Below are positions 59,530 through 64,000 of a DNA stretch of 64,000 nucleotides, in pieces. Each line of letters begins with the position of its first letter. The stretch's first letter is position 1. Origin of the DNA: Flavobacterium sp. (lineage in GTDB: Bacteria > Bacteroidota > Bacteroidia > Flavobacteriales > Flavobacteriaceae); the NCBI GenBank assembly GCA_040119075.1, contig JBEDTP010000030.1:1982-65981 (forward strand). The letters are read 5' to 3'. The translations under genes and the position numbers were made by a program. A model generated the notes under the pieces. It ran no database searches, had not been told where the DNA came from, and was given only the letters and a program-made list of their open reading frames with translations.

Positions 59530-59611
59530 TGAAAAAATATCACAATTTTTTTTAAAAAAATAAAAAAAAATAGCTTTACTTTGCTTCTAAATACCTAAAC
59601 CATAAAATTTT

Positions 59612-62600
59612 ATGAAAAAAAATCTACTATTAACATTGGGTTTAATGTTGCTTTTATTTTATTCTTGTACTAAAACAAAAAACCAAGAAAAAACAACCAA
59701 AGAAAGTAATGAAGTGGTAACTACTACTAATTCTCAATTTGAAAGTTCAACAGAGCGAAAAATTATTGAATCTAATGAACAAGAAACTTTAGTTGTTACT
59801 AAAGAAAATGTTGCCTTAAAAAATAAAGAATTAACCGAAGTTGATTTATTAAGAAAGAAACATGAAGAGTTCTTAAATAACAGTCCTTTTAAAAAGTCAA
59901 TGGCTTTAAATAAAGGAGATAGAAAGGCAGCAGGTTTACCGCCAAACAAATATTATGAACAAGAATGGGAACTTTCGATGAACCCTCAAACAGGTAGACC
60001 AACTACTGAAAACTTACATAGGCTTAGAAAAGAAATTGCAGAACAAAGAGCTGCTGATTTAGCTTCTGGTAGAACACCAGGAGATGCAAGTGATAATAAT
60101 TGGGTTGAAAGAGGACCTAATAATGTAGGTGGACGTGTTAGAGCAGTTATGTTTGATCCAAATGACCCAACTTTTAAAACTGTTTTTGCTGGTGGAGTAA
60201 GTGGAGGATTATGGAAAAATACAGATATTACAAGTGCTGCGACAGTATGGACAAGAGTAAATATTCCAGATAATTTAGCAGTTTCAACAATTACAGTTGA
60301 CCCAAATAGTTCAACTACATTTTATGTTGGGACTGGAGAATCATATGTAGGAGGAGATGTTAATGGAGATGGAGTTTGGAAATCTACAGATGGTGGAATA
60401 ACTTGGACTAATATCTTCGGAGGAATTACAGGACCAACAACTTTTGAGTCTTCAGCAAATGTTGTAATTTCTGCTCCGGGTGGAATTGCTGGAAGTTATG
60501 CATGTTACCCAACTACTGCTTTTGGAACACCAATAACTGCACCAGTTCCAGGTGACATTGTGTTAGTAAGTAATACAAACCCTTTGGGTTGTAATGCAAA
60601 TCCTATCACAAACAATGTTTCAGGTAAAATTGCATTAATTAGAAGAGGTACTTGTGCATTTGTTGAGAAAGTTAAAAACGCTCAAAACGCAGGTGCAATT
60701 GCAGTAATAATGATGAACAATGTTGATGGAACTCCTGTTGCAATGGGAGGTACTGACGGAACAATTACTATTCCATCTGTTATGATTTCAAAAACCGATG
60801 GTGATATTCTTGAAGCTGCTGCTTTAGGAGGAACTGTTTCAGGCTCTCTTACTTCTGGTCCTGGAACATTTACAGGGAATTTAGTACCTGGACAACAACA
60901 CATTAACGCTATTAAAGTTAGAAATAACGGTGGTACATCTGAAATTTATGTTGCCGCTGGAGATTCTTTTTATGGTGCAGCTAATTCGGCTACATATTTA
61001 GGAGGACCTGGTTTTGGGTTGTATAAATCTACAAATGGTGGATCAACTTGGACTGAGTTATCTATGCCTTTAACAGCAGGAGGGAAAAAACATTGTCCTA
61101 ATGATATCGAAATTGCGGCAGATAATAAGATTTGGGTTTCAACAACTAGCAGTACTGTTTACGGAGATGGTGGTGGTAAGATTTTTTCTTCAAATGACGG
61201 TGTAACTTTTACCGATAGATATACTGTTGCAAATGGAGATAGAACACAAATAGCAGTTTCTAGAACTGTTGCTGATAAGGTATATGTTTTAGCAGAGCTA
61301 ACAACTACAGCTGCTGTTGGACTGTATAGAACAACTAATGCTTTTGGTGCAACTACAACTTTAGCACTTCCTGCTGATGCAGATGGTGGAGTAGGAGCAG
61401 ATTTTACTAGAGGGCAGGCTTTTTACGATTTAATGTTAGAAGTAGATCCTAATAACGATCAAGTTGTTTATACAGGTGGAATTGATTTATTTAAATCTAC
61501 AAATGGAGGGACTTCTTGGACTCAATTTTCTCACTGGTATGGAGGTTTTGGATATCAAGATGTACATGCAGATCAACACGCAATGGCTTTTGCGCCTGGT
61601 TCTTCTACAAGAATGGTTTTTGGTAACGATGGGGGAGTTTATTATTCAAACAACTCTGGAACTACAACTTCGGCAAGAAATAACGGTTTAAATATTACGC
61701 AGTTTTATAGTGTAGGAGCAGCTCCAACAGGCGCAACAGGCGGAAACTTAACTGGAGAATATTTTGCTGCTGGTGCTCAAGATAACGGAACTCAATATTT
61801 TGGAGGTGTTGGAGGAGGAATAAATGCAAGTGTAGAATCTCAAGGAGGTGATGGTGCATTTACTATGTTTGACCAAGGAGCAGACAAATATTATATTTCA
61901 AATTATGTATATAATGAATCTATAACTTATAGACCTATTCCGTCTGGAGCAACTCGTACAATTGATAATGACAATAATGGAAACAACGGTGCGTTCATCG
62001 CTCCTATGGTTCTTGACTCTAATAGAGATGTATTGTATTCTGATTACTCAAACGGTACAACTTATCAAGTTAGAAGATATAGAAATTTAAAATCTGGAAT
62101 AGTTAATAGAGCTAATTTAACAGATGCATTATTAACAGCTTCGCCAACGGCTTTTGCAGTTTCACCTTATACAACAGCTAGTACAACTTTATTAGTTGGA
62201 ACTAGATTAGGAAAATTATTAAAAGTTACTAATGCAGATGGGTTGTCTGGTACTCCAGCATGGACTGATATCACTGGGCCTGGCTTTGTTGGTAGTATGT
62301 CTGATGTTGAATATGGTCAATCAGAAAATCATATTTTTGTTACAATGCATAATTACAATGTTGTAAGTGTTTGGTATACTTCTAATGGAGGGACAACATG
62401 GCAAAATAAAGAAGGAGATTTACCTGATTTACCAGTAAAATGTATTTTACAAAACCCATTAAATTTAAATGAAGTAATTATTGGTACAGAGTTGGGTGTT
62501 TGGTATACAAATACTTTTGCTACTGCATCACCAATTTGGAAACAGTCATATAATGGAATGAGTAATGTTAAAGTAGTAGATTTAGACTTAAGAAACGATA

Positions 62601-62929
62601 ACACTGTTTTTGCTGCTACCTATGGTAGAGGTTTATTTTCAGGAGTGTTTACAAGTCCGTTATTATCATCAAATGATGTATCTATAAATGATAGCGTTAA
62701 AATTTATCCAAATCCTTCAAAAGGAGTAATTAATATGGCGATAAACAATTATTCAGGGTCATTAAAAGTAAATTTATTTGACTTGAATGGTAGACAAATT
62801 TATTCAAATGAGTTTAATGATTTTTCATTAGAAAAGTCGATTAATGTTGAAAATTATCAGTCAGGAGTTTACTTACTAAACCTAGAAGGTGAAGGATTAA
62901 AGCTTACACGAAAAATTATTTTCGAATAA
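59612..62929 (+). CDS. T9SS type A protein: BNR/VPS10-like beta-propeller with inserted PA domain
   Basis: WVERGPNNVGGRVRA, repeated S.[DN]GG.TW Asp-boxes, PA GKIALIRRGTCAFVEKVKNAQNAGA, HADQH, ATYGRG, CTD IYPNPS...GVYLL. Confidence 0.88.
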   Translation: MKKNLLLTLGLMLLLFYSCTKTKNQEKTTKESNEVVTTTNSQFESSTERKIIESNEQETLVVTKENVALKNKELTEVDLLRKKHEEFLNNSPFKKSMALNKGDRKAAGLPPNKYYEQEWELSMNPQTGRPTTENLHRLRKEIAEQRAADLASGRTPGDASDNNWVERGPNNVGGRVRAVMFDPNDPTFKTVFAGGVSGGLWKNTDITSAATVWTRVNIPDNLAVSTITVDPNSSTTFYVGTGESYVGGDVNGDGVWKSTDGGITWTNIFGGITGPTTFESSANVVISAPGGIAGSYACYPTTAFGTPITAPVPGDIVLVSNTNPLGCNANPITNNVSGKIALIRRGTCAFVEKVKNAQNAGAIAVIMMNNVDGTPVAMGGTDGTITIPSVMISKTDGDILEAAALGGTVSGSLTSGPGTFTGNLVPGQQHINAIKVRNNGGTSEIYVAAGDSFYGAANSATYLGGPGFGLYKSTNGGSTWTELSMPLTAGGKKHCPNDIEIAADNKIWVSTTSSTVYGDGGGKIFSSNDGVTFTDRYTVANGDRTQIAVSRTVADKVYVLAELTTTAAVGLYRTTNAFGATTTLALPADADGGVGADFTRGQAFYDLMLEVDPNNDQVVYTGGIDLFKSTNGGTSWTQFSHWYGGFGYQDVHADQHAMAFAPGSSTRMVFGNDGGVYYSNNSGTTTSARNNGLNITQFYSVGAAPTGATGGNLTGEYFAAGAQDNGTQYFGGVGGGINASVESQGGDGAFTMFDQGADKYYISNYVYNESITYRPIPSGATRTIDNDNNGNNGAFIAPMVLDSNRDVLYSDYSNGTTYQVRRYRNLKSGIVNRANLTDALLTASPTAFAVSPYTTASTTLLVGTRLGKLLKVTNADGLSGTPAWTDITGPGFVGSMSDVEYGQSENHIFVTMHNYNVVSVWYTSNGGTTWQNKEGDLPDLPVKCILQNPLNLNEVIIGTELGVWYTNTFATASPIWKQSYNGMSNVKVVDLDLRNDNTVFAATYGRGLFSGVFTSPLLSSNDVSINDSVKIYPNPSKGVINMAINNYSGSLKVNLFDLNGRQIYSNEFNDFSLEKSINVENYQSGVYLLNLEGEGLKLTRKIIFE

Positions 62930-62946
62930 TATTAAATTATTACATT

Positions 62947-62980
62947 AAAAATGCCCGATCATAGATTGGGCATTTTTTTT
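62947..62980 (+). terminator. Intrinsic terminator
   Basis: AAAAATGCCCGATC-ATA-GATTGGGCA-T8. Confidence 0.85.
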
Positions 62981-63088
62981 ATATTAAAATCAATAAATTT
63001 AGTTATTATGTTATTATTTTTAAGTTTATTTTGAAAATATTGTTAATTTGCTATTTTTGCTAACTAACACCAACTAATTTTATCCATT

Positions 63089-64000
63089 ATGAAAAAAACT
63101 TTACTGTTAATGTTGGTTTTTGTAAATACAATTTGTTTTTCACAAGAACCAATCTCTAAAATTCAAAATTATCTAGAAGCCAATAAAGAACTAAATAACT
63201 TGTCAACTTATGACATTGCTGAGTGGAAAATAATTGGCAAAGGAAGTTCAAATGCCACAAAAATTGATAATTATTATATTCAACAAAAGTATCAAGGAAT
63301 TTCTATTTTTAATTCTGTTTCAAATGTTTGGTATAAAGAAGGAGAAGTTATAAATATACAAAATGCATTTATTTCTAACCTTGCTCAAAAATCAAACACG
63401 AGAACCCCAAATCTGTCAGTAATTGAGGGCTTAGAAAGTGCTTTGTTAATTCTAAATGAATCAATAAACTCATATTCAGTAATTGAAGAATTGGCAGAAA
63501 ATAAATATACAATTTCAAATGGAAATTTAAGCGAAGACCCAATTCGTGCTGAATTAGTTTTCCAACCTAATAATGATAATTCGAGTTTAACTCTTGCATG
63601 GGACTTTAATTTTTATACACAAGACTATAGTCATTTATGGAGTTTAAGAATTGATGCATCAAGTGGTGAATTGTTAGAAAAACATGACTTAGTTTTATCG
63701 TGTAATTTTGGCGATTCAAATCATAAAGAACACAAACACAACTTTAATTTTACAAGTAAAGCTTTTAAAGAAAATTATTCTAGTCCATCAATGTTGTTTT
63801 CAGGTTCATATAGAGTTATTCCTTTTGAAATAGAAAGCCCTAATCATGGAGCAAGACAACTTGTAATAAACCCTCATAATACTCTTGCATCTCCTTATGG
63901 ATGGCACGATACTAATGGTGTTGACGGAGCTGATTTTACTATTACAAGAGGAAATAATGTTCATGCTCAAGAAGACGCGAATGGAAATAATGGAACAGGT
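63089..64000 (+). CDS. M36 (fungalysin) family metallopeptidase, N-terminal part (runs off window; not in the ORF track)
   Basis: My translation from ATG 63089: MKKTLLLML signal peptide, FTP/PepSY-like propeptide (QQKYQGI..., LAW...RIDASSGE), YRVIPFEIESPNHG...ASPYGWHDTNG...TRGNNVHAQED. Confidence 0.85.
   Translation, partial: MKKTLLLMLVFVNTICFSQEPISKIQNYLEANKELNNLSTYDIAEWKIIGKGSSNATKIDNYYIQQKYQGISIFNSVSNVWYKEGEVINIQNAFISNLAQKSNTRTPNLSVIEGLESALLILNESINSYSVIEELAENKYTISNGNLSEDPIRAELVFQPNNDNSSLTLAWDFNFYTQDYSHLWSLRIDASSGELLEKHDLVLSCNFGDSNHKEHKHNFNFTSKAFKENYSSPSMLFSGSYRVIPFEIESPNHGARQLVINPHNTLASPYGWHDTNGVDGADFTITRGNNVHAQEDANGNNGTG

Noticed and set aside
59546-59570. T8/A7/A9 homopolymer runs upstream of the propeller gene as a phase-variable promoter
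   Set aside because: Such runs are common in this AT-rich DNA and there is no evidence of length variation from one sequence.
1399-62604. Many short antisense or alternate-frame ORFs in the track (e.g. 1399-1758, 11374-11739, 19375-19779, 25140-25460, 53109-53414)
   Set aside because: They overlap well-supported genes and show no motifs, so they are treated as shadow ORFs.

Overview
AT-rich chromosomal window from a Bacteroidota bacterium, most likely Flavobacterium or a close relative. The evidence is TAnnTTTG promoter boxes, type IX secretion (T9SS) cargo with type A and type B C-terminal domains, a PorP/PorE pair and a MurF-Alr fusion. Most of it is housekeeping (asd, mscL, murF-alr, tdk, rsmI, recJ, lpxH-like, queD, lysC, fbp, dCMP deaminase, nrdB/nrdA, dgt), interspersed with large secreted proteins and two two-component modules. 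I saw no rRNA, tRNA, CRISPR array, prophage or transposase. The most notable signals are: (1) a 410-bp unit in which a stand-alone GIY-YIG nuclease gene is bracketed by 30-bp inverted TGTC-tagged hairpin repeats, with a related solo hairpin at 46.5 kb, a candidate REP-mobilising element that uses no transposase; (2) a CxxC/RGPP leader ORF upstream of a TonB-dependent receptor, a likely metal-sensing ribosome-arrest switch; (3) an orphan signal-peptide protein carrying an Hcp-like motif and a T9SS-B-like tail; (4) three homologous covarying hairpins that delimit two signalling modules like cassettes; (5) a nested-palindrome MITE-like element at 19.9 kb. All calls come from motif recognition by eye; no searches were run.
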